From Acanthaster planci (Eukaryota), in assembly GCF_001949145.1 (NCBI RefSeq), contig NW_019091359.1:2120540-2184539 (forward strand): a stretch of 64,000 bases of DNA, written 5' to 3'. The notes under the pieces are model-generated. The model was not told where the DNA came from, did not search any database, and saw nothing but the letters and a program-made list of their open reading frames with translations. Every line of letters starts with the position of its first letter. Positions within the stretch are counted from its first letter, which is position 1. Made by a program: the position numbers and the translations under genes. Shown one piece after another: positions 1-14,200 of the stretch.

Positions 1-2275
1 TGTTTAATTGTTGATGAGTAATCATAAATGGTCATGGGAATCCGAGTTTCCAGAATATTCATGAGTATAACTCTACTCAAGCAGCAAATTAAACTCACAA
101 AGTGGTTACCTGCTGAAAATGGTTCGTTTTATTCACAATGCAAGAGACAGAAAAAAAATATCATTATTAACAGTTTATGTACATGTATATGTACATTTTA
201 TGCAGTATGCACATGTACATATGTACATGTACGCCCGGTGAAATGTACATACATCATTCTCAAGTGTGTCCAGTACCCGTGGGGTGCCTTCCACCAAATG
301 GTTGTATCTTTCTGCATGTGGACTCATCAATATTTGGTGATCCCACGGGGTTTTTACAATAAGACATGCCATAATCAGGAAGGATCATAGAAATATTTCT
401 GTAAATCCCAAATTTGGGACTGTTAATTTCCAGTTTGGGGTATTTCTTTCAAAAGTGGCAGGCGGCTAAATTCAGAGCTGAGGGCATAGTTTTACTACTA
501 TTTTGGAGGTATCTTTGGGGAAAGGGGAATAAAAATAGTTTTCGTGGCTAACCCTCATAAAATTGAAACGAAAAGTGATCTTCTGGCCACAATCCTGAAT
601 TTCCAGTGAAAAAAAGGGAGGCCAACCTCTTTCCAAGAGTTAACAGGCAGCACTATTTCGGTCTGATTTTGCAATGGTTTCTACTGGTGTGTATTTGGTG
701 TAGTGCAACCCGTAGCGTGCGAACCAAACACGAAATCACAACCATGATATCGCTGGTGTCACAACTACCAAGGACAAATCAGAAAAATCAGCACACCATA
801 CACAATCCGCACGTTATACGCGTGGGATGCATATTCATGACTTCCATGTACCTCTACGATGCAATGCATGAAAGCACGTGCTGATTTAGATCTTGTACGC
901 AGAACCGAGGTCAAGTCAGGGGTTGTTGAGATGTACCGGCCACATACGGCATGTCATACGCGCGATTACGCCGCAAAGTCGTTGCGGAACGAAGTTTCAG
1001 ACGATTTACTGCCGCTGCATTCGTAGACTTCAGCATTACTTCTGCTGGGCTGGTGCCAGGGACCAAACTATTCTTGGTTGCAAAAGGTTCTGTTTTATTT
1101 GGTTCAAAAACCAGCAGCAGCTAGAGGGCATGCATCACAATCAATGATTTCGCTGCTTATTTCAGAATATTGTTTTACTAGACCGCCGGACTACTCAGAC
1201 GAGGGCTTTCGCTAGACCGCCATGGTTTTTACTCAAATTTGGCTAGCGGACCAGCGTTAAGGTCGAACCCCGTTTTGTGAAGAGTAAAATAACAAATCAA
1301 AGGTAAAATTGCTGACTGCTATTCTTAGCCTCAAAAATGGACACTTTTATTTCATGTTTCTAGTTGTATCGCAGCAACTGCGATTCATTAAAAAAGTGTG
1401 TAGCAACGTGGCTGAAAATGTATCGCGAATCGCGATGCAGTGCTGGCAATATTATTTCTTGCCTTGAAAATGAAATAAATGAATATGGATATATCGATAT
1501 TTTTAAAAAACGATATAGCGGTATCGGCCAAAATACGATATCGACAGTGCCTGCAGCAGCACATGCAATAACAGTTGGTCAACTTATGTATAACTGCCAT
1601 TTTTTTGTAACTCCAATTTGTAGTATATATCTTGGAACACATGTCAGTAACTGAGTATCGTAATACGGGTCATATTGTTAGAAAGTGTCATCTTCAGAGC
1701 TCTTCCTTGAACAGGCATATCAGTCCCATCACTGTGTCCTTTTTTATCATGGGATATCTTGTTGATAAATAAACAATTTTCGGTTGTGAACACATGGATT
1801 GAGAAAGGACAAATTATTCTCCTAAACAGACATGTATCTAATAATCATTTTCATTATTGACTTCAAGTTTTTTGATGCCATCTGTTTCGTGACTACATGT
1901 AAATCAACAGGTTAGAATGGTGTTACGAATGTTTTCTGTATTGCCACACCCAGACCATTTCTGAACAACATTTTGTTGTGTTTCTGACTCAGCTCTGTCC
2001 AAAGAATTTTTTAATAAGCCTACATGGTCCAAACCAAATGTAAAACTCTCAGCCTTGTCCTCATAGCGAAGAATTTGATGTTCTTTAAGCACAGCAATGA
2101 AGGTTGTTGAAGCAGAAACACTAGTACGAGTGAGCGGGATTGTCAAAGTCGGGGGCCTCAAATTTCCTGGACACAAAGACGTAGAGGAAGCTAATGATCT
2201 GTAAACCCCATATGTAGCTGCAGACATCTGTCCTTGTCTGTAGAAGATCAGTTGTGAATCTTATCACAATTCCAG

Positions 2276-5200
2276 GAAACCAGAATGAGACCTCTGGCGA
2301 CACAGAGGACATGTCCAACTTCCACCACATCTGTGAGGCCTTTGTGGCAGCCGTGGCCATGGGCCCTTGCGTGCTGGTACTGGACGGCATTGACGAACTG
2401 AGCGGAACTCTAGGGCAGAGCATGCATCAGGTATAGATTGTTGCTGGGATTGATATACAATGGTTTCATGCAACAACTGTTGAGGGCGCTATGTGGTCTA
2501 GTTAATGGGGATACAAGGAGGAGGTCCAATCCTCAACTTTGTCTCCATGATTATTACATTAAGCAATATAATCGTAATGAAACCACAAGTTCCTCAAAAG
2601 TATTGAGGCACTGTAACTCATAAGCCTTAAGTAAGCAGTAAGAGAGGAGACAGAGGCAGTCAAAGTTTTAGAAGTGGGAGGAAAACGTCAGAGGAGAACT
2701 CTAGAGAAAACCTATCAAATCCTGAATATGTGGGCTGAGCTCGGTATTTGGGAATCCGGGTCACAGAAGTGAATAACGAAGAACGAACCATTGTTCAAAA
2801 CACACTTCCTGTGACTCCCATCTCTGACTGCAGACTTCATTTTATGAATTTATCCCCCCGAGCCTCCTCAGGAAAATAAAGCGTCATTTCCTCATCTTGA
2901 AAAACATCAATTTATCTGATCTAAAAACAACTTTCTGACGAGACAGAGGAAGCTACATGTATAATGTATCGACCCCAAGTGTTTGTACAAACCGTATACT
3001 TTTTGTCCAATCAGTAAGAATTACTTCAGACTGAATGAATGGTAACATGCTTAAGTACATGTATGTATCATTACTCCAGCAAAAGAAATAGAATGCTTAG
3101 AGGATGCCCAGCAAAAGTCAATTTCATACAGAATACACCTGTTGTCTCTTGCTGGTAAATACATGTATAATGTGGTTGGTTTGTGAGCATTGCATTGGGC
3201 ATGTCTGTTGTCGTGTAACCATTACCAAGTTTTTGCTGTCTTCTCTCTATACCGTAAAAGACTGATCTATTAAGCCATGCCCACTGCATAAAGCTTTCTT
3301 AATTGTTTCCAATGTTCATCTTTGAGACAAAACATAAAATGGTTAATTTGTGTCGTCCACAAATAGGGACTTCTTTGAATTCAAAATCATTTCAATTTTT
3401 GGCAGCCAAGTGTTCATCTCAAAAACTTTTTCATTTCTGGTTAAGGTGAAGGAGATGTCTTGGCTACCTGCTACAATGCCCCCGCAGTGCCAAATCATCC
3501 TTACGACCGTCCGTTCTGACCTGACCTACAAGACACTCTCCCAGCGTGGGGACACGCAGGTCCTGCCAGTTCCACTCTTCAAGGACAAGGGTCAGAAGTC
3601 TGCCATGGTGGCCAATAACCTTGCCATCCACTGCAAATGCCTTGACCGAGGCCAAATGGAGAAAGTGGTCACGTCCAAGCTGAGCGACCGGCCACTGTTT
3701 CTGTCCATCCTGGCCAATGAGCTGAGAGTGTGTGGAACGTACAGAAATCTGGACAAGGTCAGGGTTCAAGAAAGAAATTATCTCAGTGACTGGTCTTGTT
3801 GATATCTTAGTAACAAAGTCTGCTTTGGCTGGCACACGATGTACAGATTCAGTTTTGTGTGGCTATAAGCGTGTGCTTTTCTAACTATAGTCATGTAATT
3901 CAGGCATAGCCTGTTATGTCCAGTGGTGCCAAAATTGTTGTTACAAGAACCAAGTCAAGGTCCTGTTCTTGAATTGGGGCTCGGATATCTACAAGGACAA
4001 TTAAGAACAACTTTGTCCGGCAAAATCTTAAGCTTTTGACGAGTGTTCAGAAATGTCAGTGATTTTGGGGCCAAATTCTGTTGCACTCTTACATTTGGAG
4101 AGGGACTAAGATCTCTTTCAACCCTTGTTAGTATAAAGAGCACCTCTCCTTCAGTGAGACATCTCTTTGGCATCAATTACTTCTGGAAAAATAAAATGAT
4201 TGGGTTAATTTTTGTCAAGGTGTTGGAGCAGTACGTAGAGGCAGCTACATTCAGGGACCTGTGGAAATGTGTGATTCACAGATGGATACGAGACTATGGA
4301 TGGACAACAGATGGCCGCTCAACATCCGCCTCCAGTGATAGTAGCTTAGAAGGTACATGTACGCTGATGTTACCCTGTTAATGGTTAATATGTGAACATA
4401 GTTCAGAATGGTGATAATATCTCAAAATTGATAGATCAAGGTCAGAAATGGCCTTTTTTTACCTGTGCTTACAACAAGGACTAAACATTCAATGTTGCGG
4501 GGAGTACTTTACTAGTATCCCACACGTATTTTCCATTACTTCACTAGTACTCCACAGGTATTTTCCATTACTTCACTAGTACTCCATAGGCATGTTCTAT
4601 TACTTCACTATACTCCACAAGTATTTTCCGATACTTCACAAGTACTCCATTAGTATTTACCATTGCTTCGTTAGTACTCCACAGGTAAATGTATTTACCA
4701 TTACTTCACTAGTACTCCATGGATATTTGCCATTACGTCACTAGTACTCCTCGGGTATTTACGATTGTTTTGTTAGTACTCCATAAGTATTTTCCATTAC
4801 TTCACTAGTACTCCATTGGTATTTGCCATTACTTCACTAGTACTCCACTGGTATTTACCATTGCTTCGTTAGTACTCCACATGTATTGACTGTTGTTTCA
4901 CAAGTATTATCAGCTCTTCATAAGTTCCACAGTCTTACAAGCCACAAGCTATCTATATGAACTGTTTTGATATTGGTTTGTAAATGTTGACGCTCTTTCA
5001 GTTGTAAATTTACTGAAGTAGTGATGATAAAGATATGCATAACACCTACATATCCGGGGTTCATTGCACTGGGGCTCAAGGTGATATGCATCATCACTTT
5101 TCCTTTTCAACTGGCTCAGAAACATTCCCTGAAACTATTTCAACTCCATGTGGAGTGCATAGCTGAATACTACCAACATTTGACAAGTGGCTGATCAAGC

Positions 5201-8200
5201 GCAGTAACCCTCTCTGACTATACGTTTACCCATTTGTACTTCTGCTGAGAGAGAGAGGCAAGTCAGGGTTAAAAGTGACTTGCTTAATGTTGCTTTGTAT
5301 GCCCCTCACTGGATTTGAAGCCCTGAATTTGTGATAGGGAGTTACAAACCCTAACCACTTGGCCACACTTGTGACAATGCTCCTTATAACTGTTTAGAAT
5401 ACTTTTGCTACAACACAGATTATTTTCTGTTTGACAGACATGTCTGGCTGGGTTGCTGAGGTTCTACGGCTGATCAGCTGCTCCAGAAATGGCCTGAGCG
5501 AGCCCGAGATCCTGGAGCTGCTAAGAATGATGGGATACACGGGTGAAGCCAAGGTCACACCCTTTGACTTTGCCCTCTTCCGGTCAGCCACATTTGATGC
5601 CTTGGTTGAAAGACCGGGTGGTCTGATGAGCTTTTTCCATCAACATCTCAGGGAAGCCGTGGAACACTCCTTGCTGGGTAAAAAATATGATCTCCAAGAA
5701 ATAAAATAACTAGTCTGCCTACTCAGAAGTTTTCTCGCTCACCCTGTAATTACAGAATCCGTGGTTGTGAGATATAGTTTCTGCAAACAAAAATCTTTTT
5801 TGAGAAATAGAATTTTCCTCTTCAATTTAGCAAAGATCATTCACTTACATGTATAATACAGTGAGCAGAGTCAGTGAAATTGTTTCCCAAATTGTCTGAG
5901 TGAGTTATAATCTCTTAAAGATAGAGTTATTCAGGCTGAAATTGCCAAGAGTGTGACTTCTCAGGATTGTTTTCCAGATTACGTGATTTGGGACACAAAT
6001 CATGGATTTTTAGAGGTTCATACAGTTTTGTGATTTCTTTTAGCCCTCGGGACAAAACATAGCCATTTGGGAGGAACCTAATGTTTTTTAAACTCTTAAG
6101 GACCCTGAAAGGTCAGTATGTTAACGCTGTAATTACTAAAGCCATCCACTGAAGATATCTGAATTTTGTTCTTGATCCTCCAATGTCACCTTAGAATTTC
6201 TTGCTAGATTCCTTTGTGAGCAACATTTTTGTGACACACACTTTCCTTTCCTCTGTCACACTTTTCCAGGCATGATTAGTGGCACGGCAGGCCTGCCGGA
6301 CTCGCCTAATGCCTCAGCCGTCAACTTCCTCACGGTTGGCCTGAACCGACAGAAGAGGCGTTGTCATGAGGCTCTGGCCAGCTACTTCCTGAAGCAGCCC
6401 CACAGCCTGCGGAGAACTGGGGAGTTGCCCTGGCAACTGGAGAAATGTGGGGACATTCAGAGCCTATATAATATCCTGACTGAACCGCAGTGAGTATTAT
6501 TGATGTCAGCTATAACAATTGTATGATCGTTGTTCACAGGATGACCATTTTGGATCATGCTCCCTGAATCCACTGTATTTATTGAACACTCGGAGATGGG
6601 AAGGAGTCCAACTGTTTTACTGTTATAGTTTCACCCCAAAAGTACTGTTTATTCGCAAGTTGGAGTTACCCATTGGAGCCCAAGGATTTGTACCCCATTG
6701 CATCAACTTTACTTTCACACGCTCTAAGATTTCAGAAAATATTTACAGGAATTGCTTCATTTTCAATTCAAGATGGATGCCTTGGCAACAAGATACCATA
6801 CACAAACGTAAGAGTACACTTGATAGTGTCCTGTTTAGTTGAACTATGAAGGAAAAGGGCATCTTTAGTCATGGGAGCAGGTAACCTTTTTAAACGATCT
6901 TTGCGTACTGTTGTGCACAACTCAAAATGGTGCCCATGCTGTTGCCCACTTTTACAGTCCTCTCCCATTTTCAGTGTTATATGCAGTCTTTGTGCAAGGA
7001 GTCCGTAGGTTTACTTGAGGGCTAACTTCTTGAGATGTGGTGGCTACACTTGGCTGGGTAATACTAAAGTATGGAATAATGAATACTAGCATTAAGCCAT
7101 TTCTTTTAGCATCATATCTCAAAGACATTAATGGTTGCCCGTTTTTAAGTTGAACATCGCCCATTCAATTAAAATAAATCAGACTAAGATCAGTATAGAT
7201 ATGGTATTTTCCTGAAAAATCATGCCAACATAATACATCTTGAAACAATAAAAAGAATCCATATATTATAATAAATTAAGAACTGACAATACCCCCCTTA
7301 ATGTTCCTTGGAAGTTAAAGTACAAAGAATGTGCCGTTGGGTTCTGCTGTAGTTAAGGATTGGATAGGATTTTTAGAAGAGTAACAGGAAATAAATGTCC
7401 ATTGAGCTAGGGTTTTTGGTGAGATTTTGTTTTCAGTTTGTAGTTCACATTAACAATGAGATTTTTCTTGAATTTTTTGATCCAACGTGCAGAGTTTTCC
7501 TGATGATGAGTCAGGACAGCATTCAGAGTGTGGCCCTCAAGCTGGACCTCTTGCGCTACTGGCAGCGGCTAGGGCGGAACGGCTACAACATTGCCGAGGC
7601 TTACGAGAAGATGGTTACAACAGCAAGAGCTGCGCAAGAGTCTGCACTGAATGACAGCGGAGGGAATTCCACCAACGGGACCATAGCTGTGGCAAGCAGT
7701 GGCAGCAGTAGGCCTGAAAGTGGTGAGAAATGAACAGGTCATGTTTCAGTCTTACCCGTGACCTTACATAGCCAAGGGGCTGGGGTGTTACTCCCTCTAA
7801 ATTCCTTGGCCGGTCCCACACACCCCTCAAACGGAGTAATAAAACCCCTGAATAACCACAAAAGCATGAACATGTAAATGAAATGAGATGGAAACAGTAA
7901 AACAGGTCTTCCATGAGATGGCAGTATGTGTCCCTTATTCTCACAGAAAAAAAAATCATTACTTTGTGACAACCAGCTTGTTCCAGACCAGAGAATAATC
8001 TGTTTTTCATTTATAGATCCTATAATTTTAATATCTGAAAACTTTAAATCAGGTAGTCAAGTCGCATTTGGTACAATATTGATTACTTTTTAATTGCTAG
8101 GAGGGAAGGTGTTACAATCACCATTCAAGAAACCACGTCCCAAGCTTTCTGTCATTGAAGAAAGCGTTGCTTCAGACTCACCAAGCCCTAGCCCAGTGAA

Positions 8201-11200
8201 AACAAGTGAAATGTTCATCTCAGAGGTCACAATTACATGTGAAGCTGATACCACGACTTACTCCAGCATCTCGGTAGAGCAAGACATGACTGCATCTGCT
8301 GCTTGGAATGTCAAAGAATCGATGGTGTCAGCCTCGCAGAAACATCCAACCACTGCATCATCTTCAAAGAGATCCAAGAACAGGACGACACCCAATGCTG
8401 TTAGGGCATCTTCATCCTCGGACACAGATGAGGGGGAGGTCTGGGAGGATGCCAGGGATGGAACCGAACCCCACAGCGATGAGGGTGCCAGGGATGGAAC
8501 CGAACCCCACAGCGATGAGGGTGAGATTGGCTCTCTGTTTTGATTTCAGTAGGTTCAGGGCAGATCTGTACAGGATACTTTGTTTAGACTTCAGGCCTTT
8601 GTTCGGATCCTTGCTTTGATGCCACCTCTGACCTCATTCCAGCTCCATAATTAATTTGAACTATCTACATGTACTATGAGAAATCAAACGAACATTCCTT
8701 TAAATGTTTTACACATGCAAACAGATGCCTACATCACAGAAAAATCTACTTTGGTTATTAACTTCATAAATAATGAGCCCATTTGAAATTGTCCCTGCAC
8801 TCACTGAGCTAAAATGCAGTGAAAGGTTTTTAAATTTTTCTTAACACCGATAACACATGTAGTGATAGAAATATCTACATTACTTCTTGAGGTACAACAT
8901 TGCAGGGAAATTTAAATTTTAAATGTGTTCCAGATGCCAAAACCCATCAGTATCAATTGCTTACCAGTACCCTCTCATTTATTAGATTCATTGACTGAGA
9001 TGTAGTTTGCTCTCAGGGAAGCTTAGGGCTCATTCTTCGGTAGACTTGAGCTAAGATCTGAAGGTGTATTGCATCGGCCACATTGACAGTGTTAAGGTTT
9101 CAACTTTTTAAAAATTATTTCTTTCAGTCTGTGAGGGAAAATGTGCCATAATGCCTTTATGTCATGTCCTCATTCTCTTCAACGACGGACAAGATGAGCT
9201 AGATTCAAAAATACCACCTTGCGGCTTTCATTTTTGCATTTTCCCCCAGATAAAGACATCTTCTATGAATTCAAGCCACAGGACAGGTGCAAGCTGGCTG
9301 TGCTCGCAATGCATGCTGGGAAGGTCCTAGCTGAGAAGTCCTGTTTCATGCAGTCCGAAAGGCTGCTGCAGTTGGCTTATGAAGAAATTAAAACGGTAAT
9401 TATGACGATATTCCAGGAACAGAGGGGGAATGGGTACAGCAATGTAGAAGTGTTTGGAGCAGGGGACCTTGGTTATGACCACCAAAATGCCCCTCTGACA
9501 GTTACTTCCAAAATGGCTGTAAACGGCCTTCACATATCGAAAAGAAAACAGTTCTGAAGTTTGGAGAAATACACTACTCAAAAAAGTTAAGGACCACTTT
9601 TTATTTTGTGTATACTTTTTATATGAGATATTTTACTGCTGAAAATGTGCATTTGATGTTTCAAAACTTTTTTATGTTTTTCATTCTAACGAGAACACCA
9701 TCTAGACAAAAAAAAATGAAACAACTAGACCCCACTCATTGCTTAGAAAAAATTACAAGTTAAGAAAAAAGTGGTCCTTTACTTTTTGAGTAGTATATAT
9801 GGGAGTCATTCCCACATGATCGACTGCATAACCTTCAGTTATTGCTTGTGACATTCAGCTTCAATATTTTTCCTTAAAAGCCAGATCATCAAATATTTCA
9901 ACAATGATACAGGTATGCTGTTCAAGTAATAACTTAAAATAAACACCAACAATATCCGAGCTACATGCATGTTGACAGAGAAAGAAGGCTCTTCTTCAAG
10001 ATAAATCCATGGGTCATTTCTTCAAAGCAGAAATTCCCACTAAGCACGCCGGAGCATCAACTCCTCGTCAAGGTTGAAGAAAACCTAGGGGATCTCCACC
10101 GCTTTCAACTGCACAAAAACGAGGCCAAAAAGTTCTACTGCAAGGCCCTCGATACCCTGAGCAACATTGCAGCCAACAAGTCCGATGATATCTACAGGCA
10201 ACTGCAGGAGAGTCAGGGTAAATGGCATGTCATTTCATGTTTGCATCACTCATGACTGATGACTGGCAAAGTGTGCTTCAAAACAGATTGCAGGTGAACC
10301 CAATAATGATAGTGTTTAATAATACAGTATCCTGCTGGCGACAAAAAAAATGTGAGGCCTCAAAACTTATGTTCTTTGTTTTTCATTCTTGAAAGTGCAA
10401 CGTCCTTATAATACAATAAGATGTGATTGAGCTAACACAAATAATGGACTTTGGCCTCTGGATTTGATGTGTTACTTGATCAGTGCCAGTGTTTATTCTG
10501 GAAAATAGAAGAAGACAGAAGTGCATCTGTTGACATCTTTCATCCAGATCAATTTAACCACTTCCTGCCAGGTGAAATTTGTATATATGGGGGATGAGTT
10601 GACGGGTAATTTTCAAGATTTTCTGTTTTCCAAATTCTTCAAGAATTCATAACTTCATGTACTGGATGTTTACACCCACACAAATGACTGTCTGGTGGCT
10701 ACTCTACTCTGACAGGCAACCTCCATTGATGCCCAAGTATTGCAGCCAGGCCTGCCGCCCAGTATAGAGAGCCCAGATTGTTGGGTGTTGCGTAATTTCC
10801 TTTGTTCCTGAAATTGGCCCAGTGCAGTGGTGTCTTTTCAATGGTAGCAGTGTCTTTTTAAATGCAGCCAGATCAGGGTGCAGCAGTACCGTATTGTGCA
10901 TCGCTGGAGTGCTGGAGCACTTTTGTCCCCGCTGATAATCTGCAGGATTTGAATGCTGCAAACAGTGATATACTGTTTCAAAACAATGACGGATCACCTC
11001 CGCTAATGCCAACTGAAAAATGATGGCAATTCCGAGCAGCTCGGTCTTTTGTTCCGAGTACGGTCTTTTGTTACAAGGCCCAACTGCTTTGTCTGATTTG
11101 GGCACCCAGGCAAAACGTAAAAAGACAACGTCTCCGATAACGGGCACCCCGGAGGCAAATGGTTAAAAGCCAAAGCACGAAAAGTGTGGTTTGGCGTGCC

Positions 11201-14200
11201 ATGCCCAATTTAATTCTAAATGCTGTCTTCAAAAAGGTTACCTTATGCCAACATTTGTTATGCAAAACTCACATAGTGTAACCAAACCCAAGGAAATCAA
11301 TTATGGGTATATTTTTACACTCATCACAAAAATGTGTAAAGTCATGACCTAGTCACTAAGTGTTTGACTGTACAAAGGGTTTCGGAGTATGTTTTGTGAC
11401 TCTGCAGGCAGACTTTTTGATGAATAACTTGAAGAAATTTGAAGGGTGAAAAACTAGGAGAGTTTTAACTACCTTGTTATATTTTTTCCTGTTGTGTTCA
11501 TTTAAATTTGTTTCTTTTTGTTTTTGAAGGTCGTCTGTTGACCCATCTTGGTCACATGGCAGTCAAGGAATACAGGAGTGGTGCACAGGAAGCTGAGACG
11601 ATCCTTCAGAAGGCCAGCCAGTGCATGAGGGGAGCCAACAGCATCGCTGGCCTGGCTACGGCACAGTTCATCCTAGGCCTGGTCCAGTAAGTCCAATTTA
11701 TGGACTATTCCTTTGAAAAAATATCACATCTGTGCTCCTCTGTTCAAAATTGGCTTTGGGAGAAGGCAGGCTTAAACAGGTGCCCACCTAAGTTTTAATT
11801 GGGGGATTTTATAAGGTTTAATATGGTTTTGTGGGGTACCTCTGGGTAAAAATTCAGGTTAACCCCCCTCATTTAAAATGCATCGACTTAACCATCGGCT
11901 GAATTGAAATTGAAATTCAATTAATGAAAAACAGTAGAGGAGTTCCAAGGAAGGGGTCACTTGGTAATGCTTGATAGATTCACGTTATACATATTTTTTA
12001 TCAGTTTTCAAGTGAAAGGTGGCATATCTAATCAAAGCTCCAAATATGACATTACTCCAAATACAGAGTTTGAGTAATGACTCCATAGTGGCAATAGGAA
12101 CATTTCTATGCCATAAATATGACGAAATAAAAATTTCATTGTTAAAGAAAGTGAGTAACAAATGTTGTTATAACGTACCATTTGTTTCTGAAAAGGCTTT
12201 GTGAAACATGAAGATTGCCTGTGTTTATCATTTCATGACAGAATTGGAACTGTCCATCAGTTGTAATACAAACAGGTTAAAAGATGTGAAATGGTACCCG
12301 TCATTATTTATGCCAGACGATCATTACCAGGCTGTTGGTGTCCTTGTGTGTGGTGTATTATGAAGTGTCTCATCTGTTTGACACAATACAGAGTGAAGAA
12401 ATCAGATTACCTCGCCGCCGAGAAGTGTCTGCTCGAGGCCCTGGGCACGAGAGAGAGATGGTACGGCAAGTCCCACCCGCATGTCGGAGAAGTCCTGGAT
12501 GAATTGGGAGGTCTACTGAGCAACACCAAGAACTTACAGAGGTCAGGAGGCCTCTAGTGGCCTTTTTAAAATAATTGACAAGTGACAGGGGTGTGAGAAT
12601 TCACCTTTTTAGCCGATTTTAGTTTGTTTTTTTTAGATGTTGACCTTAAATTTCTGTTAAAAACCTGTTCTGTGCAAACTTTGGGAACTTTTTACATTTC
12701 AGCTTTTTACTAGCTGTTTTCAGCTTTAATATTAAGTGGCCACTCGCCCCTGAGGTGAACAAAAGCCATGTATACCAATAAGGGGGCAATTTCACTAGAA
12801 GCCGGTCCCAACCTTCTCTTTTCAAAGTTGCATGACAGGCCCATGTCATTTCTGGACCTGAGACTGTAGTGATCGAGGGAGTCTTCAAACCCCAATTTCC
12901 CTCATGGCTTTTATCGTAACTCATGTGCGTGACAATGACCAGGTATTTCACATACTTTGCCTCATGTTATTGACTGTAACTGTGTACTTGGTCAGGCCAT
13001 AAATCATTATGTCACACGTGATATTTTTCTGTTATAAATCTGTTTACCGACAGATGAAATCGTAAACTATATAAAGATTTTGTGTAATAAATGAAGAAAA
13101 GAAAGAAAACTTAGAAGTGGATCTCATCAGCAAGATGGGGTGGCTCAGAAATATAGGGTGTTTTAAGGATTTGGGGGTTTTCATTGTAATTTCTGTTTGC
13201 CAGGTATGACAGGATAATGGCCGAGGCACATTTCAGGAGGGCACTGCTCATAAGAACGCAGTCCTTTGGCAGAGACCATCTCCTCGTGGGAACCTCATTG
13301 TTCCATCTCGGTGAGTTCTGACTGCTTAAGCAGGGCTTTGAAAGAATTTCAGTTGAGAATAACTCATCTCGTTTCCTCTTTGGAAGCCAGACAGAAAATA
13401 ATTCTGGCCATGAGAAGGTGAAAGAATAGACCGATTGTGTCTGCTAAGTCACGTGACCTGTAGTGGGTATCAAATATCAACAAACATTGCATCCACCAAA
13501 AGCAAAGTGTTTTATAAATATTATTTAACACAAACTAAGCCCAAAGCAGGTACCATACTCGGACTACTGATGAGCTGGGTATTATACCGGAACTCAAAAT
13601 ACCTTGCTATGGGGTTGATACCTACTGTAGGTCACATGATTTAGCGGGTGCAGTGGGTCTATTCGGAAGAGCTTTCCAGTTGAGACATGGCAGAAGTAAA
13701 AAATTATCTTGTCAAGTGTCTTCAACAAGTTTGTGTGCTATTTCCTAAAATATAATCTCCGGTATTTTTTCCATTATTACCGTTGAGCACCTCACAGGTA
13801 CTCACAGTTTTCTTCAAAAGTACATACAGATCTTCACAAGTACTTTACCAATACCACAGTCAGTAAGAAGTCAAAAGCACTTCACCTGAGCCTCAACCTG
13901 TTGTTCACCATTGTTCATCTTTTTTTTTTCACTTTTAGATATTACTAGCAGTGGCATGTCCAGTGGGGAAGAGGGACCTAGTGTTTCCAATGTTTCTAAT
14001 TCCAATTTTCCAATTTTTTTTAGAAATTGAAATCACCAACAGTTAAGAAATGGTTGACCACCTTTTTAGGGAAATGAGGATTCTTTTACGGGTCAAAGAA
14101 ATTTGTACGTCATTTGAAGAAGAAAATTTCCATTTTTTCCACTTCACCAAAGACCTGGATACACCACTGATATCTAGTGTAAAGTAATTGTGAAGCGATT

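Noticed and set aside
28..390. Cys/Tyr-rich ORFs on both strands
   Set aside because: Produced by a TACATG-type simple repeat in an intron.
4510..4908. Regularly spaced ~32-bp repeats resembling a CRISPR array
   Set aside because: Head-to-tail degenerate units with no unique spacers, in a eukaryotic intron, and no cas genes: a minisatellite.
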